A program made the translations under genes and the position numbers. Under the pieces are notes generated by a model. It searched no databases. It was given only the letters and a program-made list of their open reading frames with translations, and was not told the origin of the DNA. Of a stretch of DNA of 64,000 nucleotides, positions 1-13,743 are shown piece by piece (position 1 is the first letter of the stretch; each line of letters opens with the position of its first letter). This stretch comes from Octopus vulgaris (Eukaryota): the NCBI GenBank assembly GCA_951406725.2, contig OX597817.1, positions 52,514,001-52,578,000 on the forward strand, given 5' to 3'.

Positions 1-534
1 TATGTGACACTGGGCTGCTTTTACGTGCCATTACGACTGCGATTTTGCTCAGCTTGATGGGTCTTCTATATATATATATATAATAATAATATGAGAGAAT
101 ATTATTCCAAACTTACAGGGTAAAATTCTATTTAGAAATACTAAATCAAATTTCACAAAATATAATATATATATGTATATAAATTAGAAAAAAAACACCT
201 TTTATCAATTCAATAATGAAAAAATTAAATTATACCATTTAGAAAAATTACATCTTATAGAAAGATTAAATATAAGATAAATTACTTAACCATTGGTATA
301 TGTTTTATCTTATATTCAATCTTTCTATAAGATGTAACTTTTCTAAATGGTATAATTTAATTTTTTCATTATTGAATTGATAAAAGGTGGGGTTTTTTTC
401 TAATTTATATGAGAGAGGCTCTTTCCAGTTTCCATCTACCAAATCCACTCACAAGGCTATGGCACCCCAATATACTAACAGGTCACTGGATATCACTACT
501 AACACACACCAAAATGACCAACTTATATATATAT

Positions 535-751
535 TTAACCCTTTCATTACTGTATTTATTTTGAGATGCTCTGTGTTTCTTTCAATTAATTTTAAATATA
601 ACAAATAACTTAGTTATCATTAAGCAAGTGTTAGGAACATAAACTGTGACTAAGGTTTGAGGGAAGATTTTAATTCAAAACTTACGAAAACAAGACATTT
701 GTACTACAGAGCCAGAGGCTGTTTCAGCCGGGTTGGTATCGAAAGGGTTAA
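535..751. mobile_element. piggyBac-type MITE (TTAA-CCCT...AGGG-TTAA)
   Basis: TTAA flanks with ccctttc/gaaaggg termini. Related copies at 16935-17076 (partial) and 57601-58034. Confidence 0.7.
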
Positions 752-1013
752 TATTTTGGATTAATGGCTATATGTATTGATTAGTGTGTTAAAGTGTTGA
801 GTAAAGCACTGGCACAGTTTTGGCTACCTGGTGTCATCTGCAGTTTTGGTACATTTCTGTTGGATCTACTTCAGGAATTGCACAGCATTAGACACCAGAT
901 AGCCCACACCATGCCAGTGCTTTACTCAACACTTCATAATGATTATATATGTGTTGTGTGTAGCTATTGAACTTTGATCCCTGTATCTTGTAATGCTTTA
1001 ATATATCTCCTAA

Positions 1014-1166
<153 letters not shown>

Positions 1167-2045
1167 AAACATAGCTTTACTCAGATTGGTTACACAACAT
1201 TCTGTTTAGTGTGACCATAAGTTATATTTTTACACACACAGAAGAAGACAGTGGAATATATATATATATATATATTCTAAGCTATCCATCTAGTTAAGGT
1301 AAAGGTACTTGGTTGTTAAAGTTTCTCAAATTGCAGCTTTAAATAATTTGCTTTCTAGATTCTCCCTGACTAAATCAGACTGGAGATCATAATCTAAAGG
1401 CATTAAGGGCCCCCACCAAATACTATTCAGATCTAATATTGCTTCAGTTCATTTACCATAAATTCCAGTTATGGTCAATAACCTGAATGTTGTTAAGTGA
1501 ATCTATGAATGTCTAAGAATTCTAAAAAAGATCTGTTTGTCCTTTTTTTTTTTTATATATATATAATTTAGCAGATCTCTTTGGATGTGTTGTTTTTATT
1601 TGCTGTATTTTCTTAAAAACTTCAAACCAAATATAAACCACATTAATCGTTAATCTGAAAGGACCTGTAAAGATTCTGGACATTGTCCTCTCTCTTCTGA
1701 ATACATATGCAGTATTTTGTGGGGGTAGGGCATTATTGAGCATTAAGCAGGTGCTGATAAGAAAAACTCTTGTGAAATGGGTCTAACAAACACCACCATC
1801 TGGTTCTGATATCCCTACTTAAAAATTTGGAAATATTTTCTTGTAGAATGGTATTTGGCATTATTGGAATCTGGAAAAGCAAATCATGAATCAATATGAT
1901 TTTAAGGGCCAAATCTCTCATTGTTGATTTTCACAGTTATTCCATTTTAGGATAAATTAATTATTTTTTTTATCAGATTTTGTTATTAAAAATTTTCAAA
2001 ATGTCTGTTATCAAGCTGGAAAACAAGTGCACTTATAATTTTTAT

Positions 2046-2051
2046 AATAAA
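2046..2051 (+). promoter_or_regulatory. Candidate polyadenylation signal of GSR
   Basis: AATAAA about 880 nt after the stop, followed by a T-rich tract and preceding the next SINE. Confidence 0.45.
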
Positions 2052-2784
2052 ATTCTTTTCTAGAAATATCAGTCTGTTATTTTTTTTTCATCATTTTAGC
2101 ATGTTTAATCGAAGGTCAATCAAGGCTCTGTAGACCTATAAAGACATTTCATATCACCATACTGGCTTTTATTCATACATTCATCATCATCGTTTAACAT
2201 CCGCTTTCCATGCTAGCATGGGTTGGACGATTTGACTGAGGGCTGGCGGACCAGATGGCTGCACCAGGCTCCAGTCTTGATCTGGCAGAGTTTCTACAGC
2301 TGGATGGATTGAATACTATATATACAGATTAGATATGTGTCCTTAAGATATTAGGGTGTAAATTGAGTGAGATATTGCTGGCATGTATGTATGTCATTTG
2401 TACACACATACACACTCTGTGCCCATAAAGTCATTCTTCACTCATATTGATAAGATGTGTGTAGGGCGAAAAAAAAGGGAAGCCACATTGAACTGCACCA
2501 AACTGTACATGAACTTGGTTTCTTATTCAACATGTATATGAAACATGTTGCAAGTTACTCTAATAAATAACTTTCAAATCCCACCATGACTGTATGGACA
2601 CTATCATCATTTAATGTCTATTTTCCATGCTGGCATGGGTTAGATGGTTTGACTGGAACTAGTCAACCAGAATGCTGTACTAGGCTCCAGTCTGATTTTG
2701 AGTTGGTTTCTAGGTTGGATGCTCTTCCTAATGTCATTCACTCCAAGAGTGTAGTGAGTGCCTTTATATATATGTCGTTGCTAG

Positions 2785-3008
2785 TATCCTAAACTGTCGT
2801 ATGTCCAAATTTAGCCAAATGCATTTTTTTCAATATTTATGTTTGCTTGCAATGGCTGGTTCTTTTGGTCAAACTGTCATATCTTCTGCTGCCAATATAT
2901 CAAAAACTGTCTAAGTATAGTATAAAAGTTTTGCTATAGAATGGTGAAACTATTTTTTCATTTACTGAAAAAGCAACGTTTTGGACTTACGACACTTTTG
3001 CATAACAG
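2785..3008. mobile_element. MITE with ~20-bp imperfect TIRs
   Basis: aaactgtcgtatgtccaaa ... tttggacttacgacacttt inverted termini. Confidence 0.5.
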
Positions 3009-3607
3009 CTATATATATATATATATATAATAATAATAATAGTAGGGAATATAATTCCAAACTTACAGGGAGAAAATTCAACTTAGCAATTCTAAATCAA
3101 ATTTCACAATATATGATATGTATATAATTTAGAGAAAACCCTCTGTTAAGCAATTCACTAGTGAAAGACGTTATTCACACCATATAGAAAAAATAAATAA
3201 AGTACATAAACAATAAATAGTAGTAAATTGACTATGCAATTTATTATGTACTTTATTGATTTTTAGAATAAGGTTTTTATAGTATATTTTTTCTATGTGG
3301 TGTGAATAACGTATTTCAATATTGAATTGCTTAATAGAGGTTTTTCTCTAATATATATACTGTGGATGTTGCCAGCCTCCTCTGGCCCCTGTCCTGGTGG
3401 CACGTAAAAAGCACCCACTACACTCACGGAGTGGTTGGCGTTAGGAAGGGCATCCAGCTGTAGAAACACTGCCAGATCAGACTGGAGCCTGGTGCAGCCT
3501 CCTGGCTTCCCAGACCCCTGTCAAACCGTCCAACCCATGCTAACATGGAAAACAGACGTTAAACGATGATGATGACATAAATACACACACACACACACAC
3601 ACACACA

Positions 3608-6600
3608 CTGTATTCCATGAAGAGAAGTTACATTAGAGTTGTGTTGTACATCCCTGAAGATGTCACACCACTGTTGTCACATCCAAATTAAGTACGTGAC
3701 ACATTCATAGCATATGTAAAACAACTTGATATGGTAATATACATCTGATGCCTCAAATCATGATGGTAAATTTAAGAAAGGCTTTACAATGCTAAAAGTA
3801 TTAACAAAACTAGATCAATGCATTAATGCACTTCTGATGAGTGACTTCAAATTCCCCAACATCCATTTGCTGGAAGGTGGCATCCCAGGAATGCACTCAA
3901 AGACCCTAATAAAGCAGAATCTCTACTTGATCTCATGAAAATTCTGTTCATGGAGTAAACCATACTCTCTTGAACAAGAAACAATAACGTATCAGACCTC
4001 TGCTTCACCAACAATCTTCTCAAACTACAACATGATAGAACTGATGACTTACGGTCTAAGATTAATTAATGATGTATTCTACACAGATGGTAGCTGAAAC
4101 TTATCCAGTCGAAACTTCTAAAAGGCTGATTGGAGTTAACTGAAAAATAGATACTCCAGCAAAATTGGCTTAAAAGTCCTATGTAAGACATTGATATGAA
4201 ACTAAAAGAAATTAAAAGAATTCATGTCAGTAAGCAAGCCATATGCATTAAATTTGTCCAAGAGAAGAGAGCTACAACATATAAAAAACATTATTCCCTG
4301 AGACAGGAAAGTCCTTATGAGAGAGAATAAAGATCTCCAATCACGTAACTTAATGACAGCGAGAAATCTCTTGTCAAAGAGGCACTCTTAGAGATGGAGA
4401 ATAAATTCAGAATGATGATGATCATCATCATTTAACGTTCGCTTTCCATGCTAGCATGGGTTGGACGATTTGACTGAGGACTGGCGGACCAGGCTTCAAT
4501 CTTGATCTGGCAGAGTTTCTACAGCTCGATGCCCTTCCTAACGCCAACCACTCCGAGAGTGTAGTAGGTGCTTTTACATGCCACGGGCATGGGGCCACTC
4601 AGGTGGTACTGGCAACGACAGCGCTCGAATCTTTTACACATGCCACTGGCACAGGTGCCAGTACGGCGATGCTGGTAACGATCACGCTCAAATGGTGTCT
4701 TTTACGTGCCACCGGCATGGAGGCCAGACAGCTGCTCTGGCAACGATCACGCTCGGATGGTGGTCTTACTAGCCTACTACTAATCAACCATGAAAAGAAA
4801 TGAGGGCAGTGAGAAATATACAAATGAATCTTAAAGCCTCTGACAAGTTTGCAAAAGAATCTGCCTTGGTGCACTTGGTGCCACTGTTTGAAGAAGGCCC
4901 ACTAACTGCAAACTCCAGGAGTATAAGTGAAGTGCTAAATAAACAATTCCAAAGTGTCTTCTCCTCTCCACTGGGGAAACATGCAAGTAAGCAAGCCTAA
5001 AGAGTTTTTCAACACTGTAGATCTACATGGCAAAGAGGCAGTCATCGATTACATTGAGATAAAAGATGTAACACTGGCCATTGATGAAATGAACTCAGCA
5101 ACAAGCACAGGTGGATTTCTGGCTGTTCTTTTAATGATGTGGAAAAAAGGTCTTGCAAAACCACCGTACATAGTTTTACAGAGTTTCTTTGCATGTGGTA
5201 AATGTTTCAAATTGTTAAAAGTAGAAACCGGAGAGGCAATGGTGAGACTTCGAAGACCTGACAAATGAAGTGAGTCCACGGCTCACAGGACAGCCTGCTG
5301 TGCTAACCTTGGATCGTAGAGTGACTCATTGTTCTTGAGGAGACCTATTGAGTCAAGTACGTTAACATCAACATCAAAATAAAAATCAAATGGAAATTGT
5401 AGTTGAGATAACTGTGCCGGTGACACGTTAAAAGCACCATTCGAACTTGGCAGTTTCCAGCACCGCTTGACTGGCGTCTGTGTCGGTGACATGTAAAATC
5501 ACCAACCGATTGTGGCCATTTGCCAGCCTCATCTGGCCCGTGCCGGTGGCACGTAAAAAGCACCCACTACACTCATGGAGTGGTTGGTGTTAGGAAGGGT
5601 ATCCAGCTGTAGAAACACTGCCAGATCAGACCGGAGCCTGGTGCAGCCTCCTGGCTTCCCAGAACCCGGTCAAACCGTCCAACCCATGCTAGCATGGAAA
5701 ACGGACGTTAAACAATGATGATGATGATACTGTATTCCATGTTAACAGAAGAGAAGTCACATTGGAATTGTGTCATACATCCCTGAAGATATCACACCAC
5801 TATTATATTACCCACCTGATGCCTCAAATCATGATGGTAAATTTGAGGAAGGCTTTATAATGCTAAAAGTATTAACAATGTGGAGTGCCTCAAGGAGCTG
5901 CTACTGTTTGTGGTGACTCTCTCAGATATGCCATCATTTACACAGACAACCACACTTACTAGCTATGCTGATGACACAAAGTAGCAAGAGCAGTCAAGGG
6001 TCCTATCAATTTTAATCTTGTGCAGAAAGATCTAGATGCCATTTGTAAATGGGCCGAAGTAACATACAAGTTAATGCAGGGAAATTCCAAGCCCTCTGCT
6101 ATCAACCAGCTGATGCAAACCTGCCACAACAAAGATACTTTGGACCAAAAAAGAGTGGCAAGCCCAGAGTCAAACATAGTTTATGATGTGGAGAGTGCTA
6201 TGAGCAATGGTGCTTCATTTCATGTGCATGTCACCAAAATGGTGGCAATGTGCAAGTAAAAGGCCAGATGGATTCTGAGAACTTTCAGAACAAGGAACCA
6301 GGAAACCATGCTGGTCCTAAGGAAGACATGTGGACCACTGCTCTCAGCCACTTCATAGTGTCAGTTTAATAGTAGGAATCAATGCAGGTCAGCAGTGCTA
6401 CAGTAAGAATGATTGCATCAATGAAGAGTTGGGTTACTGGGAGAGACTAAAAGAATTATGATTACTCCATGGAGTGACAATCATCATCATCGTTTGAGGT
6501 CCACCTTCCATGCTGGCAAGGGTTGGACAGTTTGACTGAGGACTGGCAAGCCAGGAGGCTGCACCTAGCTCCAATCAGATTTGGCAAGGTTTCTACAGCT

Positions 6601-7010
6601 GAATACCCTTCCTAACGCCAACCACTCCGAATATGTAGTGGGTGGTTTTTAAATGCCACTGGCACAAGAGCCAGTCAAATGGTACTGGTATCGACCATGC
6701 TTGAATGGTGCTTTTTACGTGCCACTGGCATGGGAGCCAGTCAGGCAGAACTGGCAACTGTCATGCTCAAATGGTGGGTCATATACATATTTAAGTCTGT
6801 AGAGGGGCTGGCACCAAACTTTGGTATTGAGAGTTATACCAACCCCTGAAAAAGGACACCACTGTGCTTTTCCAATGTATCTGCCTCTCCTGTCTAGAAT
6901 AAGGACCAGGTACTGCAAGAGCTTGGAATTCAAAGGTCTACAACTATTTAATACCTTGCTTAAAAACACCTGAGAGATCTACATGGAGTGGGAGTAGATG
7001 TTTTCAAGAA
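3608..7010 (+). mobile_element. Degenerate LINE (CR1/L2-like) with endonuclease and RT remnants, interrupted by SINEs
   Basis: Remnants of GDFNFP-like (~3840) and DLCFTN (~3995) endonuclease motifs. GVPQG at 5882, SYADDT at 5961, and an FKG.QLFN.L C-terminal motif at ~6930. Many stops and frameshifts. Confidence 0.75.
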
Positions 7011-10000
7011 GCAGTTCGACAAAAGAGACCAATAGAATAAGTACTAGGCTTACAAAGAATAAGTTCTGGGGTTGATTTGTTTGACTAAAGGTGGTGCTCC
7101 AACATGGCTGCAGTCAAATGACAAACAAATAAAAGAGTAAAAGATTATATATATATATAATCGAACACATTGTGACCAGTGATGTGTAGCAACATCTGAT
7201 GGTCTGGTTGGTCACGTTATATATATATATATATAATAATAATATATAAATATATGCATACATATATGTACATACCTACATCTATATGTATATATACATG
7301 CATATATGGGTACAGGACACAAAAAAACAAAAACGGGGCACACAATGAGAAACAAAACATAAAAACAAAAACATGGAAACGGACTTTTTTTCAAACAACA
7401 AAAATAAAACAGAGTACAAGACATACAACACAAGGAATATTCCCCTTCTCAGTTGTCCCTGTTTCGTCTACTCCGCATTTCGATATATATATATATATAT
7501 ATAAATTGTTTATACATAAATATTAGTGTACTCTGGTGTAAACTCCAACACTCCAGACTAATACCTTGTCATATTTAGGTATTGAGATGTAACATTATTT
7601 TCTGTTATGTCCAAGATAAACTTACTTGGTAAACAAATATTAACAAAAGTCTGAACTCAGAGGTTGATACCAATTAAAACTGAAGAATGTGGGGTTCTAG
7701 CATCGGCACACTCCACTGATAAAAACCAATATAAACCTTTGCGAGTGTGTTTTCTGCTAAAGCTCTGAGCAGACCTATAGCTTGTAAGTGAATTCAGTTG
7801 ATGGAAACTGTGTGGTAGACCATCATATATTTGTCCATGTACACATGTGTCTTTCACTGCCAGACAACCAGGGCTAGATTGAGTGCTTGTAACTTAGCAG
7901 TTCAGCAATAAGGGATCAACAGAATGCACCAGACTTAAAGAAATGCTGGGGTCAATTTCATCAACTTGCTTAGACAGTGCTCCAGTATGGCTACTTTCTG
8001 ATTACTAAAAGAATTGAAAAAAAAAAAAAATACACACCTTTGAGCAGATTGGAAAGGAAACTTCAGAGTTTGATATATTCTTAAAAATCTAGGAACTTTA
8101 AAAAAAAAAAAACACAAGGACAACAAAAATGAAATTTGTCTGTAGTGACTCATTTCTATTAAATACATACTGTACATCTTTATTGCAGGACTAAATACAT
8201 TTTACAGGGTGTATATAAGATATATATATATATATGTAATTAATAAAAAAAATTGATCACAAATTTTGTACAAAAGGAAATATTTTTAATGTATAAAATA
8301 AGCGTGATACAAAAAGAAACATACAAAATATTACATTGGGGATTGAACCTGTTGTTCTGGAAAGTAATTGTGTCAAAGGTAAGAGTAGCTAAAATCTGGT
8401 GGTGGAGATAAATTTTATATGGTGGTATAATTAAGTTTGGCAGTTGAAACAGTCAATTTTAGACTCCTAGCATATGACTGGTATTTCATTTTATTGACTT
8501 ATTAAAGGTAAAGTGGTGGGAATTTAATGAGGAATATAACTAAATACTGCAAGGCATATTTGGTTTGATGTTGAAATATGAGTGACACGTTGGAATGTGT
8601 CTGTGCTAGACATTAACCTCTGCAACATTAAAAGGTGAAGTTGGTTACAGTTATAGGAATGGAACTTTGGCCGTCACAAAGAATGGCAGGCATTTTTTTT
8701 ATAGGTTGACACTCATTCTGCCAACTGGCCTCCTCTGACGGGGATTGTAATTATGCCACAGCAAGATAGAAGTCTTTGGAATTTTGGCAATGTGAAGGAT
8801 GGAAACATAGTGGGGTGACCAGGTACTAGCCAGATTGGAGGAAGACTAAATTCTAATAGAGAGGACGGTGATGGAATGAGGGAATTGCTAAATTTTAACT
8901 AAAAATTTGTCTGAATGGACACTTACATATTTGACATAGTCTACCAAGAAACTTTAATTGCAATTGTCTTAGAAAATTACTATCTTTAAATCTCACAAAG
9001 GGAAGATATTCACCAACAGTACTTCGCAGTAAAGATTGTTTGCCAACATAATATGGCAGCAACATTAGTCTTAAACCAGGACTGCCATGTCATGTTGGCA
9101 AACAATCTTTACTGCAATTGTTTTGTTAGAGAAGATAAAATATTTATTTCTTTAATGCCCACAAGGGGCTAAACATAGAGGGGACAAACAAGGACAGACA
9201 AAGGGATTAAGTCGATTACATCGGTCCCAGTGTGAAACTGGTACTTAATTTATTGACCCCGAAAGGCTGAAAGGCAAAGTCGACCTCGGCGGAATTTGAA
9301 CTCAGAACGTAACAACAGACGAAATACTGCTAAGCATTTTTCCCTGCATGCTAAAGTGTCTGCCAGCTCACCGCCTGTGATAAAATATTATGTAATTAAT
9401 TCTGGTACAAAACAGCAAACTTTAAAATTTCAATTCTAGAATAATTGTATTTAGTGAGGACTGTCTTGTCTTTAGCTGAATGGTGGTTACTGAAGATACA
9501 ACATCATTGAAGGCTTTTTTATCCCTACATGCTTATACAGTAACCTTTCTGTAAATCACTACAACTGTTCTTTTTCTACTTGTAATAACTTCAGTAACAT
9601 TAACTCATTGTTGTGGTCTGTTGTTTTTTTCCAATTATGTTATCCACGAAAAAATTTGCAGTCAGTGTAAACCAACAAGTATTTCAATAGCTTTGCAATG
9701 GCCCCTGCCTTCCCCCATGGTACCTATTAACAGCTAATAATAATAATTTAGTCTCTGCTCTCTCTAACTGTCAGTGTTTGTTGCTCTGGCTGATTTGGGA
9801 AAGCTTCCCTTACTTATGGACGCTGCCCCCTCTCAACACCTGATTAACAATTGAAAAATTAAGGACATAGGTACAGGAGTGGCTGTGTGGTAAGTAGCTT
9901 GATTACCAACCACATAGTTCTGGTTTCAGTGCCATGGAAACTAAAAGAAGCCATCACCATCGCTTGACAGTCGATGTTGGTGTGTTTACGTCCTCGTAAC

Positions 10001-13000
10001 TTGGTTTGGCAAAAGAGACCGATAGAATAAGTCCTGGGCTCGATTTGTATTACTTATTTTGCTAGAAATAGAGCCAAATCTTCAATTTATACACCATTAA
10101 CCTTCAAAGAGACATGGTATAGTCTTGTTTGACAAAAAAAGAAAACAAGGCAGGAAAGTCATGGTTGGAACATCTTTGATCACTACTAACTGGGGATAAA
10201 CCCACAGATTTCTTAAAATCAGTTTACTGAATGAATTCTTTACAATAAAAACTTAATTTACAAAACCAAAAAAAAAACCCAAAAAACATTTCAGTATATG
10301 TTATGTTGTTGTTGTTTAATTATTTTAATTACTCTAATTGGCTGAATATGGTGATTCACAACAAACTTTACCAAACAAATGAGTTAAATTCTGGAAAGGT
10401 CAGAAGTATTATAAGAAAGTTTTAAACTACGAGGACTTAAATTGAAAAGTTGACCTTCAGTTTCAGGTTTAACCTAACAGCTGGTATTAAGAGTTTATGC
10501 TTGAGACAGTTCCAGTTGAAGGATTCTAAACAAAATAACAAAAAATGTTTATTGTTATCAAGAACCAAATACTCAGTCATGACCTCAAAATTGTAAACAT
10601 GCAATGACTGGTTTGGTTCATTATTTTAAACGAACTGTTTAACCTTTTTCTATTTAAATCTATTTAAGACTGCTTCTGTGTCTTTGACACAAAATCTGTT
10701 CATTTTAAAATGCTCGTTTTTAAGTTAAAACTTTCTAAACATCAGATTATTAATCACAACAGACTGCTTTATTTTACTGAATTCTTACAAATTATTGATT
10801 ATTAATTAAAATAGAGACAGTGTGTTTCCTTAGATATATTGGTTTTCACATTTTGGTACAAGGCTAGCAATTTTGGGAGAGTGGGGATTCTATTGATCCC
10901 AGTGCTTGACCGATATGACTGGTACTTAATTTATCGACCCCAAAAGGAAGAAAGGCAAAGTCAACCTCGGCAGAATTTGAACTAAAGACAGACGAAATGC
11001 CGTTAAGCATCTTGCCCAGTGTGCAAACAACTCTGTGGTCATTAAAGGATTACATTATTTACATTTGACAGATATTTCTCCTCATCTTGTTTGTTGCTAA
11101 CACAATCTTCAACTTCAACAAACAAGATGAGGACAAATATCCGTCAAATGTAAATAATGTACATAATTCCTCATCTCTTAAATATAGAACTGCATTATCT
11201 AATTGGTACAGAACCAACATTAGACTTCAATGGAGACATATAGAGAAACTCCATCATATTGAAGTTGAAGATTGTGTTAACAACAAACAAGATGAGGACA
11301 AATATCAATCAAATGTAAATAGTGTACATAATTCCTCATCTCTTAAATATAGAGCTGTATAGTCTTGTTTGACAAAAAAAGAAAATAATAAATGAAAAAT
11401 AAAAATGAAAAATATTAGATACTTGTTGATTAGTAGTGCATAACAATTTTAGTGTGGAATCAAACCTGAGCTGTCATCAACAGAAAATATAAAAATTAAT
11501 TAATGAAATGATCATCAACATCTTGTTAGAAATAGTTGTATGATGAGGTCAAGGATTGGTTATCATTTTTGGGATTTTAGCAGATTAGCATTGCCTTTCA
11601 TCTATAAAATATTGATCCAGGGCAGTAGTGGCAAGTAAAACTATAAGAACATCAGATCAGATACCTTGTGGTATTTGTTCTGAGTTCACATCTCACGATA
11701 GCCTAATTGGCTGGCAGTCTTATCGGTCACCTAGTTTAACCCCTGTCCCTCTTGGTGCTTTAGATGTGTTTCATAGACCCAAGCATTCAAGTTGGGCCCA
11801 AATCTTTGGTTTAAGGATACCTTCCTCCATCCCCACCCCCGACTAGTCTTGAAGGCCCTGTGAAGGATCATGGACATCGCTTTTCCACTTAACTCTAAAG
11901 TTACACTCTCTCTTACACACACACAGATCATCATCATCATCGTTTAACGTCCGCTTTCCATGCTAGCATGGGTTGGACGATTTTGACTGAAGGATGGCGA
12001 ACCAGATGGTTGCATCAGGCTCTAGTCATGATCTGGCAGAGTTTCTACAGCTGGATGCCCTTCCTAATGCCAACCACTCCGAGAGTGTAGTAGTAGTTGG
12101 CACAAGGCCAGCTATTTTGAGGAGAGGTAAGTCAATTACATTGATCCCAGTGCTCAACTGGTACTAGTTTTATTGACCCCGAAAGGATGAAAGGTAAAGT
12201 TGACCTCGGCAGAATTTGAACTCAGAATGTAAAGACGGATGGAATGCTGCTAAGCATTTTGTCCAGTGTGCTCATGATTCTGCCAGCTTGCCACCTTCAA
12301 CACACATACACACACATTGGCTGAGGAATTAGAGAAGAAACGTATCGATTTATAAAGAATTAACACCAAGAATTTCACTTAGTTCCACATTATTTATATT
12401 TACAGAAAATATTTTTTTATTTCTACTATTTCAAGAATTTCTCCATTGAAACTGAAGTCTCCTGGTTATAGAGGAACTCTTTTTAAAATTAGAATCACAT
12501 TTGCAGTGGTGGGCATATTAGGAAATCAGTGATGGAAACTTAAAAGTCTATTACTAATTTCTGGGGACAGAGAAAGAAATCTACAAGAAACAGTTAAAAA
12601 TACCTGTGAATGATCTGGAGAGAGGGGGTGAGGTCTACAGAATAACATTGATAATAGTGTATGAAACCTGGTTGTTGGGTTGGCAGAACTGTATTGAACA
12701 ACAGACAGGATGTCTTGAAGAAGCTGTCCTCGTTCAGGTTCAAACAACACCTGTGACGACACTGATGCCAATCTGTAACACTCTTTCCCTTGGACAACAT
12801 CAGTGGTGTGAAGAGGGGAGACTGTCTGACTTCCACAAAAACCTTACACAGTCCTGTGTGTACAAGTGCAGATATCTGGTCAGCCTTGATAGATGGAGAC
12901 CCTTTTGTGATTATAGACTCATCAAAATCCTGACATGAAGATTACCAAATAATTTTACTGATATTTGAATTTCATTTTGAAGATTAGAAATATTTCACTT

Positions 13001-13688
13001 AATATGTGTCCCCTATTCCCTGTACACCATCAAAAGTAATTAAATTTACCAAAACCTTTATCTCTCCATCATCCCCCCAACATTTTATATGTAGTTATAT
13101 ATTGTTTTTAAATTTTAATTACATTTATTTCATAGTAGATGTTGATTCTTCATCCATTTCCCTCACTTTCACCCCCACCCATCTCACTAAATTCATCTTA
13201 TAAAGAAACATTGCCCTTATTAAATTAAGTCCCGAATTATTCAATAGCACCCCCTCCCACCTTCCCCACTGTGTTTCCCCATTAAACATTCACACCACAC
13301 TACTTTATATTCAGGGTGTTTAGATTTCCCACATTGGTCCAAAGCCACAAATCTGGGGGGAATTCAATTATAACTGGTACTTTATTTTATCCACCCCAGA
13401 AGAACAAAAAGTAATCTTTGGTAGGATTTGAACTTGAAACCTTAAAGAGACATAATGATTTGATCTGCTGGTCATTCATTATAATAATAACTGTTCTAAG
13501 TTTTGTCACAAAGTTAGCAATATAAGGGTGGGGTTCAAATAGTTACATTGATCCCAGTATATCAATTCTGAAAAGATTGAAAGATGCAGTTGACTTTGCT
13601 AAGATTTGAGCTCAGAATATGTGAAAGCTGGGATAAATGCCACAAAGGATTTTGTCCAATGTGCTAACAATTCAACCAGCTCACCTCC

Positions 13689-13743
<55 letters not shown>

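Noticed and set aside
7310-7482. Another possible hammerhead-bearing repeat (minus strand GAAA motifs)
   Set aside because: Truncated at a TA tract; no complete core with stems could be assembled.
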